A stretch of 64,000 bases of DNA. Source: Hyphomicrobiales bacterium. Its GTDB lineage: Bacteria; Pseudomonadota; Alphaproteobacteria; Rhizobiales; TMED25. The notes beneath the pieces were generated by a model, which did not search any database, was not told the DNA's origin, and worked only from the letters and a program-made list of their open reading frames with translations. The stretch covers positions 62,456 to 126,455 of the forward strand of contig JBMYRO010000001.1 of assembly GCA_049602435.1 (NCBI GenBank). Direction: 5' to 3'. This document shows positions 1 through 8,758 of the stretch, in pieces (position 1 is the stretch's first letter; every line of letters begins with the position of its first letter). The translations under genes were made by a program, and so were the position numbers.

Positions 1-481
1 AGATAAGTGAAGGTTTAATTATGGTTGAATTTGGATTCTCATTCAATACCGCATATTCACCCATCGCCTTGCTTTTTGAATATTTGGAACTTGAGTTGAT
101 ATCAGAGCCCAAAGAAGAAATATGAATAAATCTCTCTATTTTGAATTCCTTAGAAAATGTTGAAATTAATTTTGGAAAATGATGATGTATATATTGAAAC
201 TTATTTTTCTTTGACTCACTGAGTATGCCAATTAAATTAATTACATAGTTGGAGCCCTTAATGAATTCTTTTATCTGTTCGTTGTTATGAATATTTAATT
301 TAATAATTTCAATTTGCCCAACATTACCAGAGACAAGTAAGTGATTTGCCATGGTGGGGTTTCTTGTACCAATTTTTAATCTATATCCCTCTTTTGCAAG
401 CTTCCTAACAAGGTTACGACCTAGGAAACCATTGCCCCCAAATATTGAAATTATTTTACTATTTTTTGAAGAGATACTAAT
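1..481 (-). CDS. NAD-dependent epimerase/dehydratase (SDR, NDUFA9/complex-I 39-kDa-like). Only the 5' part is present; the C-terminus lies beyond the window start.
   Basis: The minus-strand translation reads ...SKIISIFGGNGFLGRNLVRKLAKEGYRLKIGTRNP...FIHISSLGSDINSSSKYSKSKAMGEYAV... This gives a Rossmann GxxGxxG motif plus the YxxxK SDR motif. It is absent from the ORF track because no ATG/GTG/TTG lies between the in-frame stop (493-491) and the Rossmann motif. ATT at 481-479 is the first candidate start. Confidence 0.7.
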   Translation of the reverse strand, partial: MSISSKNSKIISIFGGNGFLGRNLVRKLAKEGYRLKIGTRNPTMANHLLVSGNVGQIEIIKLNIHNNEQIKEFIKGSNYVINLIGILSESKKNKFQYIHHHFPKLISTFSKEFKIERFIHISSLGSDINSSSKYSKSKAMGEYAVLNENPNSTIIKPSLI

Positions 482-601
482 GTTACAGACCTAAGAAAGA
501 ATTTCAATTATATTATCTAATTTTATTAATTGAGAATATAATATATATTTAAGATAAAAAAAATGATTTTCACAGTTTAATTTTAAAAAAAGGACGCTGA
601 G

Positions 602-1228
602 TTGGTGGAAAAAGAAACAAAAATATTTATTTATGAAAATGACTTACCAAATGACTTAAAATTGGGCAGTATTCTTGCAATAGACACTGAAACAATGGGG
701 CTTAACCCTCACCGTGATCGACTATGTTTAATCCAGCTTAATGATGGGGGAGAAAATACACACTTGGTTAAAGTATCAGAGAATTTAAACCCAGCTCCAA
801 ATCTATGTAAGTTATTATCAGACCACAAAAAACAAAAGCTGTTTCATTTTGCCCGTTTTGATGTTGCAATTCTCACTCTATCATTTGGCGTAACAATAAA
901 TAATATATACTGCACAAAGATAGCCTCTAAATTAGCAAGAACATATACTGATAAACATAGCTTAAAATCACTATGCGAAGAATTACTTAACATACAATTA
1001 TCTAAAGAAGAACAAAGTTCTGACTGGGGAACTTCTAATTTGTCTGAAAAACAAAAGAAATATGCCGCAAACGATGTACTTTATTTGCACACAATCAAAG
1101 CGAAACTAGATCTGATACTTGAAAGAGAAGGTAGAATGGAACTTGCTAAATCATGTTTTGATTTTATAAATACACAAGTGAGCTTAGACCTCAATGGGTG
1201 GAATAATCAAAATATATTCGACCATTAA
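602..1228 (+). CDS. rnd: Ribonuclease D-like DEDD 3'-5' exonuclease (short form)
   Basis: 208-aa ORF with exonuclease motifs LAIDTETMGL, FHFARFDV and YAANDVLYL. An AGGA lies upstream of the TTG/GTG start. It sits upstream of lptC, as in other alphaproteobacteria. Confidence 0.8.
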   Translation: MVEKETKIFIYENDLPNDLKLGSILAIDTETMGLNPHRDRLCLIQLNDGGENTHLVKVSENLNPAPNLCKLLSDHKKQKLFHFARFDVAILTLSFGVTINNIYCTKIASKLARTYTDKHSLKSLCEELLNIQLSKEEQSSDWGTSNLSEKQKKYAANDVLYLHTIKAKLDLILEREGRMELAKSCFDFINTQVSLDLNGWNNQNIFDH

Positions 1229-1251
1229 TGCCAAGCTCAGTTTGATAAAAA

Positions 1252-1899
1252 ATGGCAAATAAACTATCACCACATCAAATAGATAAAGTTAAATCTCACT
1301 CAAGAAATATTAAAATCATAAGTTATTTAATATATCTTTCATTAGTAATGATCTCTATTTTAATTATCACTCAATATATAAAAGATAGAAATACCACTAA
1401 TATTGTAGATATGCAGAATATTGAAACTGAGGATTATATAAATATTTCTGAAAAAATAATAGAAATCGAAAATTCTATAATTTCTGGGATAGATGAATAT
1501 AATCAGTTTTATGAAATAAAGTCAGAAAAAATAATTAATTCGTCTGCTGATAACGAGATTTTAGAACTTACAGGGATAAGCACAAAGTTACTTTTAAGAA
1601 ATGAATACGAAATGAATATAATTGGTGATACCGCGATCTATGATAATAGGAAAAAAAATCTCAAACTGAATAGTAATATCGAAATATCTTCAAATAAGAC
1701 ACCAATAATGTTTATAAAAGATTTAGACATCAATCTCTCTAAAAAGATCATTAGGAGCCCTGGACCAGTCTTGGTCAGATACAACGATATCTGTATCAGA
1801 GGTAAAGAATTTGAAATAAGTGATAACGGTAATAAGATAAAATTCACCAATGGTGTAAATCTTAAACTCAAGGAAATAAGCTCGTGTCAATTATCTTAA
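1252..1899 (+). CDS. lptC: LptC-like LPS export anchor protein
   Basis: 215 aa with one N-terminal TM helix (IISYLIYLSLVMISILIIT) followed by a soluble domain. The call rests mainly on its position directly upstream of lptA-lptB-rpoN. The sequence itself is weakly diagnostic. Confidence 0.55.
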   Translation: MANKLSPHQIDKVKSHSRNIKIISYLIYLSLVMISILIITQYIKDRNTTNIVDMQNIETEDYINISEKIIEIENSIISGIDEYNQFYEIKSEKIINSSADNEILELTGISTKLLLRNEYEMNIIGDTAIYDNRKKNLKLNSNIEISSNKTPIMFIKDLDINLSKKIIRSPGPVLVRYNDICIRGKEFEISDNGNKIKFTNGVNLKLKEISSCQLS

Positions 1900-2384
1900 G
1901 AAAATTATTAGTGCTATTTATTCTATTTTTTAATGTTCCAAATAATTCACTCGCATCTCAACACAGTTTTTTAAAACTAAACAACTCTCCAATAAGTATA
2001 GAAGCGAGCTCTCTTGAAATCATTCATAATGAGAAGAAAGTAATAATGGATGGAAAAGTAAGAGTAATAAATGAAGATATATCTCTAACAACCGATTATA
2101 TGGAGCTCTTGTACAATTTGGTTGAAATAAGTAATGATATTGAAATTGTCAGAATATATTGTGATGGTAATGTTCTAATTGAGTTTGATGATCAGCTTAT
2201 AACAAGCCAGATTGCAGAATATGATTTGAATACAAATTCATTAGTTTTGAAAAAAGAGGTTTTGATTAGTAAGAATGAGGGAAATAATATTAAAGCCGAA
2301 GAAGTGATTGTCGATCTCAATACTATGCGTATTACAATGAAATCTGATGAAAGAGTAAGAGCATTCATTACACCTAATAATTAA
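1884..2384 (+). CDS. lptA: LptA/OstA-family periplasmic LPS transport protein
   Basis: 166 aa with a signal-peptide-like N-terminus (LLVLFILFFNVPNNSLA). The GTG start overlaps lptC by 16 nt. The call is supported by synteny with lptB. Confidence 0.6.
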   Translation: MSIILRKLLVLFILFFNVPNNSLASQHSFLKLNNSPISIEASSLEIIHNEKKVIMDGKVRVINEDISLTTDYMELLYNLVEISNDIEIVRIYCDGNVLIEFDDQLITSQIAEYDLNTNSLVLKKEVLISKNEGNNIKAEEVIVDLNTMRITMKSDERVRAFITPNN

Positions 2385-2396
2385 AATGAGAGTCTT

Positions 2397-3125
2397 ATGA
2401 TAACCGATGTACTCAACATTGAAGATATTGTGAAAGATTATAACAGTAGGAATGTTATCAATAATATATCTATGTCCATTAATCCCGGTGAGATTATTGG
2501 TTTGTTGGGACCAAATGGTGCAGGTAAGACAACCTTATTTTATATAATCATGGGACTTATTAGGCCAAATAGTGGGCAAATCAAATTAGACGGGCATGAT
2601 ATTACTAAATTAGCGATGTATAGTAGGGCCCGATTAGGTATAAGTTACTTGCCTCAAGAGCCTTCAATATTTAGAGGTATGAATGTTAGAGATAATATAA
2701 ATTGTGTTTTAGAAATCACAGAGAAGAATAGTAAACTTAGAAAAATAAAACTTGAAAAATTAATTGAAATATTTGGACTAGAAAAAATACAAAAAAGTTC
2801 AGCACGCGTCCTTTCGGGGGGCGAAAGGAGGAGAGTAGAAATTGCAAGATCTATAGCCACGCAGCCAAAATATATTCTAATGGATGAACCTTTTTCTGGT
2901 GTTGATCCAATCGCAATCGAAGAAATTAAAAAAATTATAAAATCATTAAGTGATAATAATATTGGTATTATAATTACAGACCATAATGTTAGAGATACAC
3001 TAAGTTTAGTTGATAGAGCTTATCTTATTTACGAAGGCAGAATTTTGATAAGTGGATCACCTGATGAAATACTAAATAGTGATGATGCAAAAAGAGTTTA
3101 CTTAGGGAATGACTTTAATATTTAG
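2397..3125 (+). CDS. lptB: LPS export ABC transporter ATP-binding protein LptB
   Basis: 242 aa with Walker A GPNGAGKTT, signature LSGGERRR and Walker B ILMDEP. Length and position immediately before rpoN fit LptB. Confidence 0.9.
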   Translation: MITDVLNIEDIVKDYNSRNVINNISMSINPGEIIGLLGPNGAGKTTLFYIIMGLIRPNSGQIKLDGHDITKLAMYSRARLGISYLPQEPSIFRGMNVRDNINCVLEITEKNSKLRKIKLEKLIEIFGLEKIQKSSARVLSGGERRRVEIARSIATQPKYILMDEPFSGVDPIAIEEIKKIIKSLSDNNIGIIITDHNVRDTLSLVDRAYLIYEGRILISGSPDEILNSDDAKRVYLGNDFNI

Positions 3126-4454
3126 TTGGATAATATGAGCCTTGGACTAACAAATTTAACTAAATTAAACCAAGTTCAAAGTCTCTCTCCTCAGGCTCAA
3201 CTTACAATAAAATTATTGAGTTTGAACAATGCTGAACTTGAAAATTTTCTTGAAAAAAAAATAGAAGATAACCCACTTCTTATTGAAAAAGAATCTTCAG
3301 CAAAGGACGACCTTCAAGTCCAACCATTCACAGATAAATATACAAGAAATTCTCTCGATCTAGGTATTTTAAATAATGTCAGTTATTCAATGTCATTAAG
3401 AGAGCATCTTATTGATCAGCTTGCAATTTCTAATCTTAATGCCACAGAAAAGATAATTTCAAATTATTTAATCAATACACTAGATGACGCGGGGTATATT
3501 GTAGAAGAAGAAGAAAAAATTTGCCAAACACTTGGCATTGATCTTGATTTTTATAACTCAGTTTTGACAAAACTTCAGAGTTTTGAACCAACGGGTGTTT
3601 TTTCAAGATCACTGAAAGAATGCCTATCGTTGCAACTCACCGAGAAAGGTCTATTAAATAAAAAATTAAGCCATCTACTCAATCATATACAATTACTAGC
3701 AGATGATAATTTTAAGAAAATACTGCAAATAATGAATATTTCAAAAGAAGAACTTTTTGAGTTAATCAAAATAATTAGGAAATGCAATCCTAAACCAGGA
3801 CTTAATTATTCGAAGGATACACTTGAAGTAATTACGCCTGATATAGTGATTAACAAAAACGAAAGTGGTATGTATGCCATTAAATTAACTCAAAATTATT
3901 TTTCTAATATAATTATTGATGAGACTTATAGTGACATTATTCAGAATAAAGTTAAAAAGAACGACTTCTTATATGGTCACTACACAGAAGCAAAAATGAT
4001 TTTGATCAGCATAGCTCAGAGACAAAAAACATTACTGAAAGTTGCATATGAGGTTATGTTACAACAACGTGATTTTCTTGAGAATGGTATTAATTTCATG
4101 AAACCATTAAATCTAGATAAAATTGCTAAAATTACAAATCTACATATCTCAACAGTTAGCAGATCAATCCAAAATAAATTTATTGAAACACCCCGTGGAA
4201 CCTTCGAAATGAAATATTTCTTTGACTCAGGGATCTCAAAGAAAAACTCTAACGAAGAAATATCATCCAAAACTATAGAAAACAGAATAAAAGAATTGAT
4301 AAAAAATGAAAAACAAGATGATATTTTATCTGATGATAAAATAGTAAAATTATTAGAGGGGTATGATATAAAAATTGCCAGAAGGACTGTTGCCAAGTAC
4401 AGAACAAAACTTAGTATTTTACCATCATCAAAAAGAAAGAATAAGTTTTTGTAA
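3126..4454 (+). CDS. rpoN: RNA polymerase sigma-54 factor RpoN
   Basis: Region I reads LSPQAQLTIKLLSLNNAELENFLEKKIEDNPLL. An HTH (ISTVSRSIQNKFIETPRG) and the RpoN box ARRTVAKYR are present near the C-terminus. The TTG at 3126 abuts the lptB stop, and ATG at 3135 (MSLGLTN...) is an alternative start. Confidence 0.9.
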   Translation: MDNMSLGLTNLTKLNQVQSLSPQAQLTIKLLSLNNAELENFLEKKIEDNPLLIEKESSAKDDLQVQPFTDKYTRNSLDLGILNNVSYSMSLREHLIDQLAISNLNATEKIISNYLINTLDDAGYIVEEEEKICQTLGIDLDFYNSVLTKLQSFEPTGVFSRSLKECLSLQLTEKGLLNKKLSHLLNHIQLLADDNFKKILQIMNISKEELFELIKIIRKCNPKPGLNYSKDTLEVITPDIVINKNESGMYAIKLTQNYFSNIIIDETYSDIIQNKVKKNDFLYGHYTEAKMILISIAQRQKTLLKVAYEVMLQQRDFLENGINFMKPLNLDKIAKITNLHISTVSRSIQNKFIETPRGTFEMKYFFDSGISKKNSNEEISSKTIENRIKELIKNEKQDDILSDDKIVKLLEGYDIKIARRTVAKYRTKLSILPSSKRKNKFL

Positions 4455-4486
4455 TTATATATTTATATTTGAAGGAGTTTTTAATT

Positions 4487-5482
4487 ATGGTTACTAAGAT
4501 TGATATGCACACTCATGTTGCTCCAAGAGAAGCTGTAAAAGTTGCAGATAAAGGTGGAAATTGGCATGGAGTAGAGTTTTCTCGAGATCAAAATGAAAAA
4601 CTGACAACATCCTATGGTGGTGAAAAAATGGCATTACCGTGGCCAAGAAAGATGGAAACCCCACAAGATAGATTAAACTCGATGAGTCAAAGGAATGTCG
4701 ATGTTCATGTTCTAAGCATGAGCCCATTAATGCATTGGCATAAACTTGACAATGTAAATGCCAAATCTTATGCGATAGATGTAAATGATGATATCTCAGA
4801 CTATGCAAATATAGATAACGATAGGTTTCAGTCTCTATGTTTTTTACCTTTGCAGGATACAGATGCATCAATTTATGAATTGGAGAGGTGTGTAGTTTCA
4901 AAAAAGATGATGGGTGCAATGGTTGCCACAAATATCAACGGAATGGATTGGGATAACGATAAACTGTATCCGGTCTTAGAGGCTGCCAATAAATTGAAAT
5001 GTCTAGTTTTTTTCCATCCCACGAGGGGTAGGGCAAATTCATGGTTAAAAAATTATCATCTAAGAAATCTCATTGGTAACCCACTTGAAACAACTGTTGC
5101 TATGGCAAATATTATTTTTGGAGGCATATTGGATAAGTTGCCAGACTTAAACTTATGCTTTGCTCACGGGGGTGGCTTTATAAGACAAGGAGTTGGACGA
5201 TTTGATCATGGGTATAATGTGAGAGATGAGGCTAAAATGAATATTTCATCGCTCCCATCAGAATATTTAAAAAATTTCTACTACGATACCATAACCCATT
5301 CTGAGGATGGATTAAGAAACTTAATAGATATTGTAGGTATAGATAGAATTTTTCTTGGAAGTGACTACCCCGCAGACATGGGGGAGCCATACCCAGTTGA
5401 TTTTATTAATAATTCAACTCTGCTAACGAAGGTAGAAAAAGAAAAAATATTAAGCAAAAATATTTTACCTTTCTTAAAATAA
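4487..5482 (+). CDS. Amidohydrolase_2 family enzyme of the ACMSD type (non-oxidative decarboxylase/hydratase)
   Basis: Aligns by eye along its whole length with ACMSD-type enzymes: KIDMHTHV, RFQSLCFLPLQ, LKCLVFFHP, GNPLETTVAMANIIFGGILDKLPDLNLCFAHGGG, GRFDHGY and FLGSDYP. I prefer ATG 4487, which has a GAAGGAG SD 9 nt upstream, over the track's TTG at 4469. Confidence 0.85.
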   Translation: MVTKIDMHTHVAPREAVKVADKGGNWHGVEFSRDQNEKLTTSYGGEKMALPWPRKMETPQDRLNSMSQRNVDVHVLSMSPLMHWHKLDNVNAKSYAIDVNDDISDYANIDNDRFQSLCFLPLQDTDASIYELERCVVSKKMMGAMVATNINGMDWDNDKLYPVLEAANKLKCLVFFHPTRGRANSWLKNYHLRNLIGNPLETTVAMANIIFGGILDKLPDLNLCFAHGGGFIRQGVGRFDHGYNVRDEAKMNISSLPSEYLKNFYYDTITHSEDGLRNLIDIVGIDRIFLGSDYPADMGEPYPVDFINNSTLLTKVEKEKILSKNILPFLK

Positions 5483-5494
5483 TAAGGATAACAG

Positions 5495-5902
5495 ATGACA
5501 AATAATAAAAAACAAAATGACTTATCGAAAACTTTTGCTGAAAGGCGCAGTCATGTTTACCCAGCACACGAGTGGCTAGCTGAAAAATTTCCTGAATATG
5601 TGCAAATAATGCTAGATTTAGACTATGAAATAAGACAGAAAACAAAAATATTTGATGAAAAAATGCACGAATTATTTCATATAATTGCACTTGCTGTAAA
5701 AGGATCAAATCCTCATAACCAACAACACTTAAAAGCACACATAAAAAAAGGCCTACAATTAGGATTAGCGCCAGAAGAAATTGCTGAAGCTTTAATGGTT
5801 TGCGTCAACCCAGGTGGAGCTATGGTTCTTACATATAGTGTAACCTGCATGCTTGAAGCAATGGATGAATTGAAAAAAGAAGGTTGGGAAGAACCAAAAT
5901 AA
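5495..5902 (+). CDS. Carboxymuconolactone decarboxylase (CMD)/AhpD-like family protein
   Basis: 135 aa, all-helical. The AhpD/CMD-like core reads HELFHIIALAVKGSNPHNQQHLKAHIKKGLQLGLAPEEIAEALMV. An AAGGA SD is present and the gene starts 12 nt after the upstream gene. Confidence 0.75.
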   Translation: MTNNKKQNDLSKTFAERRSHVYPAHEWLAEKFPEYVQIMLDLDYEIRQKTKIFDEKMHELFHIIALAVKGSNPHNQQHLKAHIKKGLQLGLAPEEIAEALMVCVNPGGAMVLTYSVTCMLEAMDELKKEGWEEPK

Positions 5903-5920
5903 AATAAATTATTTATCTAC

Positions 5921-7024
5921 TTAAATATTAGCTAATGGAACCGGCTGACCCGTTTCTGATGCCTCAGCCATGGCTAAAGTTACAGCTAATGTCTGTCTTG
6001 CTTCTTTAGCTGTTGTTAGGTGGCATTTGGATCCTGTTGACTGTGCATCAAGCCATTCTTTAGTTTCATCGGCTATTCTTCCGAACATAATTCCATCAGC
6101 CCACTCACCCGATGATCTACTTCCCAAAAAAGCAAGTTTTAACTTTTGGTCTTCAGCATAAGCATTACTATAACCGTGCTCTGAATATAAAATTTGGTCC
6201 CTATGATCGTCATCAATTAAAATTACACCATCTCGACCCATAATCTCAAGTCTTACACTTTGTCCAGTTGTTGGGAAACCTCCTGGAAGCGCATAACAAA
6301 TATCAAATGAGAATACTGCACCTGTTGAATATTTTACCATAGTCAAGCTTATGTCATCTACGTCATAACCTTGATCTCGAAAAATAGTCCCATGCCCCAT
6401 GGCTTGGACTTCTACAGGTGAAACATCTGGACCCAAACACCAGCCTATATAATCAACATTATATGTTATTATATCAAGTATAGGTGTTGCCTCCGGGCAT
6501 CTTTTAAGTATTTCAAGCATATTTGTTCTTGTATTGTAAACGCGTGTCATTCCTCCAAGGATAGGACCCAATTTTCCTCTTGAAATCTCATCATGAGCTA
6601 CAAAATATTTTTGAAGAAATCTTTGCGAATAGCCAATTCTCAGATCAACTCCTTTTTCTTCTGCTAGTTTTGATAGCCTGTCACCATCTTCAATTGTTAA
6701 TGCAAGTGGTTTTTCAACTAGAACAGACTTTCCTGCATTAATAGCAGCCTCTACAGACTCTCTGTGCTCATCCTCTGGGGTTGAAACAATTATAACATCA
6801 ACATTAGGATCATTTATTACTTCATAGTTATCCGTTGTAAATCCATTTGCGTTAGTTGATTTTGCTAATTTTTCTGCAAATGACTCATTTACATCAGACA
6901 CTACGAGATATTTTACTGCTGAATGAAGTGCAGCAAGTTTGGCTCTATGTGTTCCAATCCTACCCGAACCTATTACGCCGACACCTATCTGTCTTTTCTT
7001 ATAACTATTGCCTGATATTATCAT
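5921..7024 (-). CDS. Gfo/Idh/MocA family NAD(P)-dependent oxidoreductase
   Basis: N-terminal Rossmann IGVGVIGSGRIG and an EKPLA motif (VLVEKPLALT). Its ATG overlaps the TauD-like stop (ATGA at 7021-7024). Confidence 0.85.
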   Translation of the reverse strand: MIISGNSYKKRQIGVGVIGSGRIGTHRAKLAALHSAVKYLVVSDVNESFAEKLAKSTNANGFTTDNYEVINDPNVDVIIVSTPEDEHRESVEAAINAGKSVLVEKPLALTIEDGDRLSKLAEEKGVDLRIGYSQRFLQKYFVAHDEISRGKLGPILGGMTRVYNTRTNMLEILKRCPEATPILDIITYNVDYIGWCLGPDVSPVEVQAMGHGTIFRDQGYDVDDISLTMVKYSTGAVFSFDICYALPGGFPTTGQSVRLEIMGRDGVILIDDDHRDQILYSEHGYSNAYAEDQKLKLAFLGSRSSGEWADGIMFGRIADETKEWLDAQSTGSKCHLTTAKEARQTLAVTLAMAEASETGQPVPLANI

Positions 7025-8046
7025 GCTACTGCTCTTTTAGGTATTCCACCCCTTTCTACATATGAGTATCTCTCCATAAGCTCAGGTGCTAAGCTTCTCC
7101 TGTATTCTACTGGAAATGATATCCACATGCGGAGTAAATGCCTTTTCAATTTTGGATCATCATAATCTTCATAATCCTCTCTAGCATGCAATATTTGGTG
7201 ATTATTGATAAACTGAATATCTCCTTGCTGAAATCCCATTGATAATCTGAGAGATTCTCGTTCACTTATCTCTTGAACAACATCCAATGCTTCTCTTTGG
7301 AGGTCTGTTAGTGCAAGGTGCTCGCCATGCCTTACAACAGACTCAAAAAATGCTCTTGATGTGATTCTTGATGTTAGTTTGCCATCATGGTAACTGAACA
7401 TAGGGCATGTATACCATGGTTGTTCCCCTTCCGGGTTCTCTCCTCTCCAATCAAGATTGAATGGCTTATGTAATACTTCAATTAGATCAGGTCTTTCTTT
7501 TCTCAAGACATTATGAATGGTAAGTGCAGATACTAAATAACTTGCCCCTCCTTTTTTAGCTTTTCTTTGACAAAACAAACCAACCACATCCACTGGTAAT
7601 TGGTCGGAATGGAAATCCATTTTGAGTTTGGTCTGATACATTCTAGTTGTAGGATCTGATATCGATTTGCCTTCATCTGTAACATGCCCGAGTAAGTGAC
7701 CTCTTGTATTTTGAGATACAGGGGTACCCAAATGGATACCAATCCCCCAATAAATTAGTTCACACTCTTCGTCAGTGTATTTATCTCTATCAATTCCCCT
7801 TAACAAGATAAAACCAAGCTGGTTTTCTAAAATATCATATAGTGAATGGATTTTTGTTGATAATGTTGGTAGTATAAAATCTTCTTTGTTAAATGGTATT
7901 TTAATGTCATTTTTTTTAATATTTTTGAGCGCAACATCTATTTCTTCTAGTTCTACTTCAGTAAGATGTAGCAACCATTCATTTGAATTTTGGATTTCAG
8001 GTCCTACCCAAGCCGCTCTCTCAATCACATCACTTTTTAATACCAT
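7021..8046 (-). CDS. TauD/TfdA-family Fe(II)/2-oxoglutarate dioxygenase
   Basis: HxD facial-triad motif (DFHSDQ) and a distal His/Arg region (NNHQILHARED...RHLLRMW). I prefer ATG 8046 (MVLKSDV...), 2 nt after the TerC stop, over the track's start at 8112, which lies inside terC. Confidence 0.8.
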   Translation of the reverse strand: MVLKSDVIERAAWVGPEIQNSNEWLLHLTEVELEEIDVALKNIKKNDIKIPFNKEDFILPTLSTKIHSLYDILENQLGFILLRGIDRDKYTDEECELIYWGIGIHLGTPVSQNTRGHLLGHVTDEGKSISDPTTRMYQTKLKMDFHSDQLPVDVVGLFCQRKAKKGGASYLVSALTIHNVLRKERPDLIEVLHKPFNLDWRGENPEGEQPWYTCPMFSYHDGKLTSRITSRAFFESVVRHGEHLALTDLQREALDVVQEISERESLRLSMGFQQGDIQFINNHQILHAREDYEDYDDPKLKRHLLRMWISFPVEYRRSLAPELMERYSYVERGGIPKRAVA

Positions 8047-8048
8047 AT

Positions 8049-8735
8049 CTAAACTTCCTTTTTTCTTGCCTTCGTTAATATGCGCGCTGTTACAATAACT
8101 AGAACAGCACATGCCACAGATCCAATAAAACCATTTTCTTCATTCATGAATGTAAATATAGCCTGAGTACCAATATCTGTAAATAATAGATGACCAGAAA
8201 TCCAACCTAATAGTCCCCCACCAAACCAAATAAGTATTGGATACTTCGTGAAAACACTCAATAGAAAAGAACTTCCAATAAATAAAAGAGGGATTGCTAA
8301 GACTATCCCAAAAATAATAAGTGGAATTGATCCATGCGCTGCGGCTGCAACTGCAAGGACATTATCTAAACTCATTGCTGCATCAGCAACCGCAATTGTA
8401 AATATTACCTTGATTAATGTTTTTGCTTCACCTTTGTCTTGATGATGATCCTCTTCTTCGGGTAAAATTAATTTTATAGCGATCCATAGAAGCAGAATTC
8501 CACCGATTGTCCTTATATATGGCACATCCAAGATTAATGTAACTATACTTGCAAAGATAATCCTGAGTAATATTGCGGTAGCTACACCAAAAACCATACC
8601 AATTTTTTTTTGGTTTTCAGGCAATCCTCTACAGGCGAGTGCAATTACAATTGCATTATCACCACTTAGTATGAGATCAATCCAAACTATTTGAAGGATA
8701 ATAACCCAATCAATTGTACCTAAGAATGACTCCAT
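8049..8735 (-). CDS. TerC/YjbE-family integral membrane protein
   Basis: 228 aa, polytopic. It carries the duplicated TerC signature (LILSGDNAIVIAL and AAMSLDNVLAVAA). Confidence 0.8.
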   Translation of the reverse strand: MESFLGTIDWVIILQIVWIDLILSGDNAIVIALACRGLPENQKKIGMVFGVATAILLRIIFASIVTLILDVPYIRTIGGILLLWIAIKLILPEEEDHHQDKGEAKTLIKVIFTIAVADAAMSLDNVLAVAAAAHGSIPLIIFGIVLAIPLLFIGSSFLLSVFTKYPILIWFGGGLLGWISGHLLFTDIGTQAIFTFMNEENGFIGSVACAVLVIVTARILTKARKKEV

Positions 8736-8758
8736 TTAATATTTACTCCAATTCAGAG

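Noticed and set aside
4494-4931. Numerous antisense or overlapping ORFs in the six-frame track. Examples are 4494..4931, 1638..1871, 11333..11632, 33366..33641, 45310..45642, 46396..46713, 48614..49015 and 55490..55813.
   Set aside because: Each lies entirely inside, or across the junction of, a well-supported gene on the opposite strand or in another frame. They have low-complexity or odd composition and no recognisable motifs. Such ORFs are expected by chance.
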